A stretch of 64,000 nt of DNA from an uncultured Gemmatimonadaceae bacterium (GCA_963829055.1 CAWHHI010000006.1:32001-96000); one strand, 5' to 3'; shown: positions 1-13,631, counted from the first letter of the stretch. The notes: generated from the sequence alone by a model not told the origin. Made by a program: numbers and translations.

Positions 1-574
1 TCCGCGCATCGAGGCAGGCGAGACGTTGACGCCGTCGCGGCCGGGCATCGACGCCAGGAACGCGTCGCGGAGCGCCTCGGCGGTCAGCGCCGTGTCGAGG
101 GGCAAGGCGGCGACGCGGCGCGGCGCCGCCGTCGCGGACGCGGCCGTCGCGTCGGCCATCTCGGCGATCGGAGTGATGCCGGCGATGGGCGCCTTGGCGA
201 ACTGGCCCATCGAGTACGCGACGGCGCCGACGAGGCGGCCGTCGATGTAGACCGGGCTGCCGCTCATGCCGGCGATCACGCCGGTGTTCTCGAGTCCGGC
301 ACCTTCGAGACGCGCCAGGATGACCTGTCGCTTCGGCCCGATCACGCCGTCGAGCACGCCCAGGATGTGCGCCTTGAACGTGACGCGCTCGCCACCGTCC
401 ATGCGCGTGACGCCCTCGGCCGACCTGTCCACGGCGAATCTCGGAGACGGGGAACGTCGTGCCGGCGGCCCTGACGGCCGTCGCCGAGACGGGCAGGTGC
501 GCCGACCACGGCGCGCCGCAGAGGGCCAGCGCCAGGCTGGCGGCGAAGACGCCACGGAGCAGACGAGCAGTCAC
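1..574 (-). CDS. SpoIVB-type peptidase S55 domain protein (secreted; runs off the left edge; frameshift near 420)
   Basis: Minus-strand translation gives ...FKAHILGVLDGVIGPKRQVILARLEGAGLENTGVIAGMSGSPVYIDGRLVGAVAY..., with the GMSGSPV serine motif. A hydrophobic signal-like N-terminus follows a GTG at 574. Not in the ORF track. Confidence 0.75.
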   Translation of the reverse strand, partial: MTARLLRGVFAASLALALCGAPWSAHLPVSATAVRAAGTTFPVSEIRRGQVGRGRHAHGRWRARHVQGAHPGRARRRDRAEATGHPGASRRCRTREHRRDRRHERQPGLHRRPPRRRRRVLDGPVRQGAHRRHHSDRRDGRRDGRVRDGGAAPRRRLAPRHGADRRGAPRRVPGVDARPRRRQRLACLDAR

Positions 575-667
575 GGCTGAGGAGGCGGGCAAGATGGCTC
601 GGTTATGACACGCGGTCCGAAGGGGGTCAAGCGAGCGCATGGCTCGCGTCATACCGTAGGACGATCG

Positions 668-697
668 TTGACGCCGTTCGGACGACTCTGGTACGGT
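668..697 (+). promoter_or_regulatory. Putative sigma70 promoter of the leader/aro-trp operon
   Basis: TTGACG (668-673), 18 nt spacer, extended -10 TG-G-TACGGT (689-697), about 9 nt before the leader ATG. Confidence 0.5.
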
Positions 698-706
698 CTG
701 CTGCAC

Positions 707-820
707 ATGCGGGGCTGTGCCGCGTTCTCCTTCGTCTCTGGACCTGCCATCGACCGTGCGCCGTTTTCGGCGCGCTATTGGTGGTGGTATGGGTCCACAG
801 CCGAGGGGGCGGCCGTCTAG
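707..820 (+). CDS. trpL: Attenuator leader peptide (37 aa, MRGCAAFSFVSGPAIDRAPFSARYWWWYGSTAEGAAV)
   Basis: TAT-TGG-TGG-TGG-TAT at 776-790 plus three Phe codons, directly upstream of an antiterminator/terminator and the aro-trp operon. Confidence 0.85.
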   Translation: MRGCAAFSFVSGPAIDRAPFSARYWWWYGSTAEGAAV

Positions 821-898
821 CCGCGCACTGACCAGTACCGACTCGAAACGAGTACCTGGCGCCCCTTCGGCCACCTGCCGACGGGGCGCTTTTGTTTT
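800..898 (+). terminator. Attenuator: antiterminator arm 800-811 and intrinsic terminator 859-898
   Basis: GCGCCCCTTCGGC (859-871) pairs with GCCGACGGGGCGC (877-889), followed by TTTTGTTTT. GCCGAGGGGGCG (800-811) can alternatively pair with 860-871. Confidence 0.85.
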
Positions 899-902
899 CA
901 CC

Positions 903-1050
903 GACGAACGCTGAACGCCAGACGCCGAACGCTCAATGCAACGCCACGCCTGACGCCAGCTAAGCCCTGAAGCCGTAAGCCGTAGCCGAGCCGTAGGCCG
1001 TAGCAGGCCACCGAGCTCCCGACTCCCGACTCCCGACCATCCGACTCCGA
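903..1050. repeat. Degenerate short tandem (about 7-nt) repeats
   Basis: Runs of AACGCC, AGCCGTA and GACTCCC units between the attenuator and aroDE. Confidence 0.55.
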
Positions 1051-1066
1051 TGTCGACCCCGCCCCC

Positions 1067-2543
1067 GTGAAACTCGTGGCCACCCTGGCCGACCTGACCG
1101 CCGAGGCGTTGCCGGCGGCGCGGGCGGAGGCGTTGCGTGTGGCCGACCTCGTGGAGTTCCGGCTCGATCGGCTGCCGGCGCTGCCGCTGGCGGACGTCCT
1201 CGGCGAGGCCGCGGCGCCGGGCCGTCGTGACCTTCAGGCCGATGCGGGAGGGCGGGCTGTTCGAGCGGCGAGGAGGCGACGCGGGAGTCAGCGGCTCCGC
1301 GAGGCGCTGGCGACTCGGGGCGGCGTTCGTCGACGTCGAGTGGGACGCCGACGTTCGCCGACGCCGTGATCGCGGCGCATCCCGGGCGGGTCGTGCTCTC
1401 GCGTCACGACTTCGTCGGCGATGCCCACGCGACCTCGCCGGCCTCGTCCGCGCGATGACGGCCCGTCGTCCGGCCGTCGTCAAGCTCGCGGTGACGCCCG
1501 CGCGGCTGACCGACCAACTGACGTTTCCGGACGCGGCTGCCGCTGCCGCCGGCACGCCGGTGGTGCTGATCGCGATGGGCACGGCCGGCCTGCCCTCGCG
1601 CATCCTGGCCGGACACGTCGGCTCGTGCTGGACCTACGCCGGCGCCGCCATCGCGCCCGGTCAGGTGCCGCCGGAGCTGATGCGCTCGCGCTACCGCGTC
1701 GGGCAGCACACGGCCGACACGCAGGTGTTCGGCGTGGCCGGACGGCCGATCGGTCATTCGTGGTCGCCGACGCTCCACAACGCCGCCCTGCAGGCCCTCG
1801 GCATCGACGGCGTCTACCTGCCGTTCGAGGCACAGGACATCGACGACCTGCTCGCCACGCGCGGCGGCGCTCGACGTGCGCGGCCTCAGCGTCACGGCGC
1901 CGTTCAAGCTCGATGCGCTGGCGCGCGCGTCCGTCGACGCCGATCCGCTGGCGCGCCGGCTCGGCGCGGCCAACACGCTCACGCGGACACCTGACGGCTG
2001 GGTCGCGCGCAACACCGACGTCGAGGGCTTCCTGCATCCGCTGCGCTCGCGGCTCACGCTGGCCGGCGCCCGCGCGTCGGTGCTGGGCGCCGGTGGCGCC
2101 GCCCGGGCGGTCGTCGCCGGCCTGCATGCCGAAGGTGCGCGCGTCACCGTGCACGCGCGGCGTCGCGACCAGGCCGAGTCGCTGGTGCCGCTCGGGCGCG
2201 ACGGTGGGGCAGTGGCCACCGCCGCCCGGCAGCTGGGACCTGCTCGTGAACACCACGCCCGTGGGCACGGCGCCGCACGTCGACGACACGCCGCTCGAGC
2301 GCGGAGTCGCTCGCCGGCGGCGGGCTCGTGTACGACCTGGTCTACAACCCCGGCCGGACGCGCCTGCTGCGCGACGCCGCGGCCGCCGGCTGCGAGACGC
2401 TCGGCGGCCTCGAGATGCTGATTGCCCAGGCGGCGGTGCAGGTCGCCACCTGGTTCCCCGTCGAGCCTCCCGTCGACGCGATGCGCGCTGCCATCCACGC
2501 CGAGGCGCCGCAACTGGCGCTGGAGACCTCATGTCCGCGATGA
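1067..2543 (+). CDS. aroDE: Bifunctional type I 3-dehydroquinate dehydratase / shikimate dehydrogenase (AroD-AroE fusion), frameshifted
   Basis: [25 protein letters not shown] (DHQase I), then [56 protein letters not shown] (AroE) across successive frames. Confidence 0.85.
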
Positions 2544-4047
2544 CCCAGACCACCTTCGACGAATTCGTCGACCTCGCCCGCCGCGGCACGTTCGTGCCGG
2601 TGTGCCGCGAACTCCTCGCCGACCTGCTCACGCCGGTGTCGGCCTTCCTTCGCGTCGCGGAACATTCCGATTACGCGTTCCTGTTCGAGAGCGTCGAGGG
2701 CGGCGAGCAGGTGGCGCGCTACTCGTTCCTCGGCAAGGACCCGTTCCTCGTGCTGCGGGCGCGCGACGGCAAGGCGGTGATCGAGCAGGGCGGCCAGACC
2801 GCCGCGCTCGACGAGAGCTTCGTCGCGGCGCTGCGTCGCATCATGGCCGAGTACCGGTCGCCCTTCGTCCCCGGGCTGCCGCGATTCACCGGCGGCGCCG
2901 TCGGGTTCTTCGGCTACGACGCGGCGCCGTGGTTCGAGCCGGCCCTCCAGGACGTGTGGCAGAAGTACGAGGGCCAGCAGGACCCGCGCGACGAAGCGGC
3001 GTTCATGCTGTTCGACACGGTGCTGGCGTTCGACCACGTCAAGCACCGGATCCTGCTCATCGCCAACGCCCGCATCTCGCCGTCCGACGACCTGGCGTCG
3101 CTGTACCAGTTCGCCAATGCGCGGCTCGACTTCCTGCAACGGGAGCTCGAACAGGCGCACGCACAGCCGATTGCCGGCGGCGCGCCCGGCTCCGAGCCGC
3201 CGGCCGTCCGCGCGCTCACGAGCCGCGAGGACTTCGAACGCAACGTCCGCATGGCGCAGGAGTACATCGCCAGGGGCGACATCTACCAGGTGGTGCTGTC
3301 GCAACGCTTCGAGGTCGACCTCCAGGCCGACCCGTTCACCGTCTATCGCGCGCTGCGCCACGTGAACCCGTCGCCGTACATGTACTTCACGCGCGTCGGC
3401 GAACTGTCGATCGTCGGCTCGTCGCCCGAGATGCTCGTCCGCGTCGAGGGCGGCCAGGCCGAGACCCATCCGATCGCCGGCACGCGGCCGCGCGGCAGGA
3501 CGCACGAGGAGGACCTGCGCCTCGGCGAGGAGCTGAAGCGCGACGAGAAGGAACGCTCCGAGCACGTCATGCTCGTCGACCTCGGCCGCAACGACCTCGG
3601 CCGCGTCTGCGCCTACGGCTCGGTGCGCGTGCCCGCAGTTCATGACGCTCGAGCGCTACTCGCACGTCATGCACCTGGTCTCGCGTGTCGTCGGCACGCT
3701 GCGCCGACGATGCCGATCGGCTCGACGCGCTCGTGTCGTGCTTCCCGGCCGGGACCGTGTCGGGCGCACCGAAGATTCGCGCCATGGAGATCATCGCCGA
3801 GCTCGAGGGGCGCCCGCGCGGCGTCTACGCCGGGTCGGTGGGCTACGTGGACTTCGCCGGCAACCTCGATTGCTGCATCGCCATCCGGACCGTGTGGATG
3901 CGCGATGGTGTCGCCTACGTGCAGGCCGGCGGCGGCATCGTCGCCGACAGCCATCCGGCCGCCGAGTACGAAGAGAGCCTCAACAAGGCGCGCGCGGTGC
4001 TGCGTGCGCTCGAACTCGCCCATTCGCTGGGGCACCACGCCGGGTAG
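2531..4047 (+). CDS. trpE: Anthranilate synthase component I (frameshifts at ~3635 and ~3700)
   Basis: [81 protein letters not shown]. Confidence 0.95.
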
Positions 4048-4049
4048 CC

Positions 4050-5639
<1,590 letters not shown>

Positions 5640-5643
<4 letters not shown>

Positions 5644-6474
5644 GCGCGCCCGTGCCGTCCGTGCTCGACTCCATCGTCGCGGCCGCATGGAAGCGCGTCG
5701 AAGTGGCGCGCGAGCGGCGCAGCCTCGCGGACCTCGAGCGCGCGCATCGCGGACCGGTCGCGGACGGTGCCGACGGCACCGGTTCATGGCGTCGTTGCGC
5801 CAGCCGGGCATCCGCGTCATCGCCGAATGCAAGCGCCGGTCGCCGTCGAAGGGCGTGTTGCGGCCGCAGTACGACCCGGTGGCGATCGCCGGCCAGTACG
5901 CGACGGCCGGTGCCGCCGCCATCTCGATCCTGACCGAGCCCGGCTTCTTCGACGGCGCGCTCGATCACCTGGTGGCCGTCCATGCGGCGCATCCGGGCGT
6001 GCCGTTGCTGCGCAAGGACTTCACCGTCGACGAGTACCAGATCGCCGAGGCGGCGCTCGCGGGCGCATCCGCGGTGCTCCTGATCGTGGCGGCCCTCGAG
6101 CAACCGGTGCTCGTGCGCCTGCTGGCGTACGCGGCGCAGGTGCGGCATCGACGTGCTGACCGAAGTCCACGACGAGGACGAAGCGCATCGTGCCATCGAC
6201 GCCGGCGCCACCATCGTCGGCGTCAACAACCGCAACCTCAAGACGCTGACGGTGTCGATCGACACCTCGCATCGCGTGGCGCCGATCATCGCCGTCGGCG
6301 CGTGTGCGGGTCGCCGAGAGCGGCTTGCGGACCGGCGCGGATCTGGCGTCGCTGCACGCAGCCGGCTATGGCGCGTTCCTCATCGGCGAGCGCTTCATGA
6401 CCGAGGCCAACCCGGGCGAGGCACTCGCGGCGGTGATCGGCGACGCGCGCGCGGCACTGGAGGCGCAGGCGTGA
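5640..6474 (+). CDS. trpC: Indole-3-glycerol-phosphate synthase (frameshifted)
   Basis: [49 protein letters not shown]. Confidence 0.92.
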
Positions 6475-7101
6475 CCCGCATCAAGATCTGCGGGATGACC
6501 AGCGTGGAGGACGCGCTGATGGCTGTCGAGGCCGGCGCCGACGCCATCGGGCTGATCTTCTGGACCGGCAGCAAGCGGGCCGTGGGCGTCGAGCGCGCGC
6601 AGGCGATCACGCGCGCGCTGCCGCCGCTGGTCTCGACGGTCGGCGTGTTCGTGGACGAGACACCGGATCGCGTTCGGACCGTGGCCGATGCCGTCGGGCT
6701 CTCCGGCGTGCAGCTGCACGGCGACGAGGTGGTCGCGGACTGGGCGCGGTTTCCGCGTCCCGTCCTGAAGGCGATTGTCGATCGAACGGTACGCGACCAG
6801 CCCGTGGAAGACCGCCCGGGCGGCCATCCTCGTCGATGCGCACGATCCGGTCACGATCGGTGGCACGGGACGCACGATCGACTGGGACGCGGCGCGCGAG
6901 ATCGCGGCGACGCGACCGCTGGTGCTGGCTGGCGGGCTCAGGCCCGAGAACGTCGCCGAGGCAGTGACGCTGGTGGCGCCCTGGGGCGTCGATGTGGCCT
7001 CGGGCGTCGAGCAGGCGCCTGGCGTCAAGGATCCGGCCCGCGTGCGGGCCTTCGTGCAGGCAGTGCGTGCGGCCGATGCCGCGCGGGCACGGAAACAATG
7101 A
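6471..7101 (+). CDS. trpF: Phosphoribosylanthranilate isomerase (frameshift at ~6779)
   Basis: [34 protein letters not shown]. Confidence 0.92.
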
Positions 7102-7109
7102 GACTGAGG

Positions 7110-7136
7110 GCAGGGCCGGCTCTCCGAGCCCGGCCC
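7110..7136. repeat. REP-like hairpin (GCAG-tagged, TCTCCGA core)
   Basis: GCAGGGCCGGCTCTCCGAGCCCGGCCC, related to the hairpin at 9556-9580. Confidence 0.45.
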
Positions 7137-7158
7137 ACAGGGACGCAGGGAACAGACG

Positions 7159-8395
7159 ATGACGATGGCAGCGCAGGAACGGACGGGACGACCCGTGTTC
7201 GGGCGTCGCGACCCGGACGCCCGCGGGTACTTCGGCGAGTACGGCGGACGGTTCGTGCCCGAGACGCTCGTGGCTCCGATGGAGGCGCTCACCGAGGCGT
7301 ACTTCGCGGTGCGGCAGGACGAGGCGTTCATCGCCGAATTCGAGCAGCTGCTGCGACAGTTCGTCGGGCGGCCGACGCCGCTCTACGAGGCGCGGCGGCT
7401 CTCGGAGGCGTGCGGCGGCGCCACGATCCTGCTGAAGCGCGAGGACCTCGCGCACACCGGCGCGCACAAGATCAACAACGCGCTCGGCCAGGCGTTGCTG
7501 GCCCGGCGCATGGGCAAGTCGCGCATCGTCGCCGAGACCGGCGCCGGGCAGCACGGCGTCGCGACCGCGACCGTCTGCGCGCTGCTCGGCATGCAGTGCG
7601 TCGTCTACATGGGCGTGGACGACATGGCGCGGCAGGCGCTCAACGTGTTCCGCATGCGCATGCTCGGCGCGGAGGTGCGCGGCGTCGACTCGGGATCGCG
7701 AACGCTCAAGGACGCGATCAACGAGGCGATGCGCGACTGGGTCGCGACCGTGCAGGACACCTACTACCTGCTCGGGTCGGCACTCGGGCCGCACCCGTAC
7801 CCGGTGATGGTGCGCGAGTTCCAGTCGGTCATCGGTGAGGAAGCGCGCGTGCAGTGCCTGGCGGCCTACGGACGGCTGCCCGATGCCGCGTTGGCGTGTG
7901 TCGGCGGCGGCAGCAACGCCATGGGCCTGTTCGACGCGTTCGTGGCCGATCGCGGTGTGCGACTGATCGGCGTCGAGGCCGGCGGCGAGGGCATCGAGGG
8001 CGGCAGGCACGCGGCGAGGTTCGCCGGCGGCACCCCGGGAGTGCTCCAGGGCACGCGGACGTTCGTCCTGCAGGATGCCAACTGGCAACATCGAGCTTAC
8101 GCATTCGGTGTCGGCAGGACTCGACTATGCCGCCGTCGGCCCGGAGCATGCCGACCTGCTGCAGCAGGGTCGGGCGGAGTACCGGTATGCCACCGACCCC
8201 GAAGCGCTCGCGGCCTTCGCGAGGCTCGGGCGGCTCGAGGGCATCCTGCCCGCGCTCGAATCGGCACATGCGATCGCGGCGGTGGAGCAGGTCGCACGCG
8301 AGGTGGGCACGGACGGCCTGGTCCTGGTGAATCTGTCGGGACGAGGCGACAAGGACGTGCAGAGCATCCAGGAACTGCTCGGAGATCAGGCATGA
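7159..8395 (+). CDS. trpB: Tryptophan synthase beta chain (frameshift at ~8080)
   Basis: [29 protein letters not shown] (PLP lysine), [32 protein letters not shown]. Confidence 0.96.
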
Positions 8396-9194
8396 GCACA
8401 CGGCTCGAAGCGGCGTTCGCCAGCATGAAGGCCGAGCAGCGCACGGGGCTCGTGGCGTTCGTGTCCGGTGGGGACCCGACGCTGGAGCGTTCGGCCGACG
8501 TGATTCGCGCCGTCGACGAGGGCGGAGCCGACGTGATCGAGATCGGCGTGCCGTTCTCGGACCCGTTGGCCGACGGTCCCGAGATCCAGCGATCGTCGGA
8601 GCGCGCGCTGCGAGCCGGCGCGACGCTGCGCGGCGTCCTCGATCTGGTCGGCGGACCTCCGGAAGGACGTCGCCGCACCGCTGGTGTTGTTCAGTTATGC
8701 CAACCCGGTCGTGCGCTTCGGTGTCGAGGCGTTCGCCGCCCGCGCGGCGGAGGTCGGCGTCGACGGCGTGCTGCTGCTCGACCTGCCGCTCGAGGAAGCG
8801 GGGCCGACGCGCGACGTCCTGGTCGGCCGCGGACTGGCGCCCATCTTCCTGGTGAGCCCGACGACGACGGGCGCGCGGGTGCGCAAGGCGAACGACCTGG
8901 GCAAGGGCTTCCTGTACGCGATCTCGCGGCTCGGCGTGACGGGCGTCCGCGACCAGGTGGCTGGACGACGCGCGAGCGCTCGTCGACCGGCTGCGCCAGG
9001 ACGCGACACTGCCGATCGCGCTCGGGTTCGGCCTGTCGCGGCCCGAGCACATCCGCGACGTCGGCAAGTACGCCGACGCGGCCGTGGTGGGCAGCGCGCT
9101 CGTGGCGCAGGTGGCAAGGCACGGGCAGTCGCCGGCGCTGGCCGACGAGGTCAGGGGGTTCGTGCGCTGGCTGCGCGAGGGAGCGTCGGCATGA
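8392..9194 (+). CDS. trpA: Tryptophan synthase alpha chain (frameshifted)
   Basis: [46 protein letters not shown]. Confidence 0.93.
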
Positions 9195-9504
9195 CCGACC
9201 CGGACTGGCGGATGCGGGAACTGCGCGAGCGCATCGACGCGCTCGACGAGCAGATCGTCGCCTGCTCAACGAGCGCGCCGGGTGCGCGCTGCAGATCGGT
9301 GAGATCAAGCGCGAAACGGGCATGCCGATCTACCAGCCCGGTCGCGAGCGCGACGTGCTCGAGCACGTGCGGCGGGTCAATGGCGGGCCGCTCGACGGCG
9401 ACGCCGTGATGCGGTTGTTCGAACGGATCATCGACGAGGCGCGCCGCCTCGAGCGCGAGGTGCAGAAGGCGCACGACGCGGGCAGGACGGAAGCGGATAC
9501 GTGA
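9191..9504 (+). CDS. aroQ: Monofunctional chorismate mutase type II (frameshift at ~9262)
   Basis: [24 protein letters not shown]...IYQPGRE...FERIIDEAR. Confidence 0.85.
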
Positions 9505-9515
9505 CCGTGGAACGG

Positions 9516-9580
9516 GATCGGGAAGGCCGATCGGGAAGGCCGGGACCGCGTGAAGGTAGGGCGCGTTCTCCGAACGCGCC
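9516..9580. repeat. Direct repeat GATCGGGAAGGCC (x2) followed by a GTAG-tagged REP-like hairpin
   Basis: GTAG-GGCGCGTTC-TCC-GAACGCGCC at 9556-9580. Confidence 0.5.
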
Positions 9581-9607
9581 GATCTGGATACGAAAGCGAG
9601 CAGTGAC

Positions 9608-10657
9608 ATGGTCGTGGTGATGGAGGAACGCGCGAGCGAGGAGCAGATCCAGCGCGTGGTGGCCCAACTGGTGCAAATGGGCTTCGACGTGCACCGCTCC
9701 ACCGGATCGCTCCGGACGGTCATCGGCGCCGTCGGCGGCGAGGGCAAGCACGACCCGCGCCTGCTCGAGGTGCTCGACGGGGTGCACGAGGTGATGCGGA
9801 TCACCGAGCCCTACAAGCTCGCGAGCCGCACGTTCCGCAGCGAGGACACCGTCATCACCATCGGCGATCTCCGGATCGGTGGCGACGAGGTCATCGTGAT
9901 GGCCGGCCCGTGCTCGGCCGAGAACGAGGCGCAGGTGCTGAGCACGGCCGCGGCGGTGCGGCGGGCCGGAGCGAAGGTGCTGCGCGGCGGCGCCTTCAAG
10001 CCGCGCAGTTCGCCGTACAGCTTCCAGGGGCTTGGCGAAGAGGGCCTGAAGATGCTGCGAACCGGTGCCGACGCGCACAACCTCAAGCTCGTCTCCGAGG
10101 TGATGGACGCGAACCAGATCGCGTTGATGGACGGCTACGTGGACATCTACCAGGTCGGCGCGCGCAACATGCAGAACTACACGCTGCTGCGTGAACTCGG
10201 CAAGGTCCGCAAGCCGGTGCTGCTCAAGCGCGGCATCTCGGCGACGATCGAGGAATGGCTGCTCTCGGCCGAGTACGTGCTCGCCGGCGGCAACACGGAC
10301 GTCATCCTCTGCGAGCGCGGCATCCGGACGTTCGAGAGCTACACCCGTAACACGCTCGACATCTCCGCGATCCCGGTCGTGAAGAAGCTGAGTCACCTGC
10401 CGATCGTCGTCGACCCGAGCCATGGCACCGGTCGTCGCGACAAGGTGGCGCCGATGGCGCGCGCGGCCGTCGCGGCCGGCGCCGACGGATTGCTGATCGA
10501 GGTGCACTGCGATCCCGACAACGCGATGAGCGACGGTGCGCAGTCGATGTACCCGGGGCAGTTCGAGCGGCTGATGGCCGAACTGCGGATCATCGCGCCG
10601 GCCATCGGCCGCAGCATCTGCCAGGAACCGGTGGCGCGGCGCGGTTGGGGCCAGTGA
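9608..10657 (+). CDS. aroF: DAHP synthase type I-beta with N-terminal regulatory domain
   Basis: Intact [50 protein letters not shown]. Confidence 0.95.
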   Translation: MVVVMEERASEEQIQRVVAQLVQMGFDVHRSTGSLRTVIGAVGGEGKHDPRLLEVLDGVHEVMRITEPYKLASRTFRSEDTVITIGDLRIGGDEVIVMAGPCSAENEAQVLSTAAAVRRAGAKVLRGGAFKPRSSPYSFQGLGEEGLKMLRTGADAHNLKLVSEVMDANQIALMDGYVDIYQVGARNMQNYTLLRELGKVRKPVLLKRGISATIEEWLLSAEYVLAGGNTDVILCERGIRTFESYTRNTLDISAIPVVKKLSHLPIVVDPSHGTGRRDKVAPMARAAVAAGADGLLIEVHCDPDNAMSDGAQSMYPGQFERLMAELRIIAPAIGRSICQEPVARRGWGQ

Positions 10658-11510
10658 GCGAGCCGGCGCCGTTCGAGCGCGTCCTGCTGGTGGGGTGTGG
10701 CCTCATCGGCGGATCGCTCGGCCTGGGCATCCGTGCCGTGTGGCCCGAGGTCGCCGATCACGGTGCTCGATCCGGCCGCCGATCCGCGGGTGAAGGATCA
10801 CTTCACGCTGGTGTCGTCACCGGCGGCGGCCGGAGACGACGGATCTGGTGGTGCTCGGCGCGCCCGTGCTGGAGAACCTGCGGTTGCTCGATGCGCTCGC
10901 GCCGTACGTCGGCGCCCACACCGTCGTGACCGACCTTGGCAGCACCAAGGGCGCGATGGTGGCGCACGCGCGGCGGCATCGCGGCGCTCGCGTTCGTCGG
11001 CGGGCATCCGATGGCCGGCAGCACCCACAGCGGCTTTGCCCACGCCGACCCCGGGCTGTTCGTCGGCCGCCCCTGGATCCTGACGCCGGACACCGACGGC
11101 CGTGTGCCCGCCGCGGTGGTCGGGACCGCGCTGGCACGGATGACGCAACTGGTCGTCGGCATCGGCGCGCGCCCGGTGGTGATGGGCGCCGACGAGCACG
11201 ACCACGTGATGGCGTACGTCAGCCACCTGCCGCAGATCGTCAGCAGCACGCTGATGGCCGTGGCGGGCAAGGCGGTGACGAGCGATGGGCTGCAGTTCGC
11301 GGGGCCCGGGCTTGCCGACACGACGCGCCTGGCTGGCAGCGCACCCGCGCTCTGGCTCGACATCCTCGCGACCAACGCCGCGCACGTCGGCCAGGCGCTC
11401 GACACGTTGCGGGCGATGCTGCCGACGCCGTCGATGCTGTCTGGACGACGCCGCGCCGATGCAGCCGTTGCTGCAGGAGGGCCGCCGCTGGCGATCCGAC
11501 ATTCGACGGC
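10654..11510 (+). CDS. tyrA: Prephenate dehydrogenase (frameshifted; 3' end uncertain)
   Basis: LVGCGLIGGS Rossmann motif, TDLGSTK, FVGGHPMAG, EHDHVMAYVSHLPQ, DTTRLA. Confidence 0.88.
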
Positions 11511-11539
11511 CAGCGTCCGCCGCGGTCCGTCATCGCGCC

Positions 11540-12067
11540 TGCTGCATCGGCCGGCGACGCGGACGTTCCTCGAGATGCGGTCGTCGTCGCAGGTCGTGCC
11601 GTTCGCGTTTCCCGACGTCGGCGCTGTCGTGCGGCGTCTCGACGTGGTGCCGGGCTCGCTGTACCGCTATCTGTACCGGGAAGTCGGGCCGCCCCTGGCA
11701 CTGGCTCGATCGCTGGGACTGGAACGACGCGCGCGTGGCGGAACACCTCGCGTTCGGGCGGCATCGAGATCTGGCTGCTGACGGTGGCTGGTACGCCTGC
11801 CGGCTACTTCGAGCTGCATCGCACCGCGCACGAGGTCGAGATCTGCTACTTCGGCCTGTTGCCCGAGTTCATCGGTCGGCGGCTCGGGCCGGCATTGCTC
11901 ACCGTGGCAGCGCAGCAGGCGTGGGGCAGCGGTCCCGAATCGCGTCTGGCTGCACACCTGTTCGCTCGATCATCCGGCGGCCGTCCGGCAACTACCAGCG
12001 CGTGGGCTTCGTGCCGTACCGCGAAGAGCAGTACGACGCGAAGATCCCGGTCGATCGGACCGTGTGA
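11540..12067 (+). CDS. GNAT family N-acetyltransferase (frameshifted; no separate start seen)
   Basis: TFLEM, YRYLYREVG.PWHW, PAGYFEL, EICYFGLLPEFIGRRLG, RVWLHTCSLDHP, NYQRVGF. Confidence 0.75.
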   Translation, partial: CCIGRRRGRSSRCGRRRRSCRSRFPTSALSCGVSTWCRARCTAICTGKSGRPWHWLDRWDWNDARVAEHLAFGRHRDLAADGGWYACRLLRAASHRARGRDLLLRPVARVHRSAARAGIAHRGSAAGVGQRSRIASGCTPVRSIIRRPSGNYQRVGFVPYREEQYDAKIPVDRTV

Positions 12068-12154
12068 GCTCCGCATCGGACTCCGTCACGTCGGGTAACA
12101 GTACCCGCTGCGGTAGCGGCGTCCCAGCCCGTCGGCCCTTATACTGCGATACGC

Positions 12155-12879
12155 ATGAACAAGCAGATCGCGAGTGCAGACGCGGCCGTCGCCCTCATCC
12201 CGGACGGCGCCACGATCATGATGGGCGGCTTCGGGCTCTGCGGTATTCCCGAATCCCTGATCGCCGCGCTCCATCGCCGCGGCACGCGCGACCTGACCGT
12301 CATCAGCAACAACGCGGGCGTCGACGACTTCGGCATCGGCGTGCTGCTGCGGGCTCGGCAGGTGCGCAAGATGATCGCGACCTACGTCGGCGAGAACAAG
12401 GAGTTCGAGCGGCAGTTCCTCATCGAAGGAACTCGAGGTCGAACTGATTCCCGCAGGGCACGTTCGCGGAACGGATCCGCGCCGGCGGCGCCGGCATCGG
12501 CGGCTTCTTCACGCCCGACCGGCTACGGCACGATCGTGGCCGAGGGCAAGGAGACACGCGAGATCGACGGCGTGCACTACGTGCTCGAGGCGCCGCTGCG
12601 CGCCGACTTCGCGTTCGTGAAGGCACACACCGGCGACACCCACGGCAACCTGCGTCTACCGGCACACCGCCCGCAACTTCAACCCGGTGATGGCCACCGC
12701 CGCGCGAGTGACGATCGCCGAGGTCGAGCATCTCGTGCGGCCCGGGCGACATCGACCCCGACACCGTCGTGACGCCGGGCATCTACGTCGCGCACATCCT
12801 CATCGGCGGGCCGTACGAGAAGCGGATCGAGAAACGCATCGTTCGACAGAGTTCGGACGCGTCATGCGATTGGGCCTGA
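12155..12879 (+). CDS. scoA: 3-oxoacid CoA-transferase subunit A (frameshifted)
   Basis: [41 protein letters not shown]. Confidence 0.88.
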
Positions 12880-12981
12880 AGGCCATAGGGGCCGCCCAGC
12901 CGCTCGTCAGGGATGACACAGCGACTGGGATTCCGACGGCCGAAGGCCCAATGACGAAGGCCGTCAGCGAAGCCGAGACTC

Positions 12982-13631
12982 ATGGACAAACGCGAACGCA
13001 TCATCCGCCGCGTGGCGGCCGAGTTGAAGGACGGCGACTACGTGAACCTGGGCATCGGCTTGCCGACGCTCGTGGCCAACTACGTCCCGCCCGGCATCGA
13101 CATCGTCCTGCACTCGGAGAACGGCCTGCTCGGTGTCGGACCGTATCCGACCGAGGACGAGGTCGATGCCGACCTGATCAATGCCGGCAAGGAGACCGTG
13201 ACGGCGTTGCCGGGCGCGGCGTTCTTCAACGGCGCGGAGTCGTTCGCGATGGTCCGCGGCGGACATATCGATCTCACGGTGCTGGGCGCGCTCGAGGTCG
13301 ACGAGCAGGGCAATCTCGCCAACTGGATGGTGCCAGGCAAGATGGTGAAGGGCATGGGCGGCGCGATGGATCTCGTGGCCGGGGCCAAGCGCGTCATCAT
13401 CGCCATGGAGCACGCGACGCGGGACGGGCAGCCGAAGATCGTGCCGCGATGCACCCTGCCGTTCACGGGGCTTGCGCGTCGTGCATCGCATCGTCACCGA
13501 GCTTGCGGTGATCGACGTGACCGCCGCACGGACTGGTGCTGCGGGAACTGGCCGAGGACACCACGCTCGACGACGGTTCGCGCGGTGACGAGCGCCGCGT
13601 TCAGCGTCGCCGATCCCCTGGAGCGCTTCTG

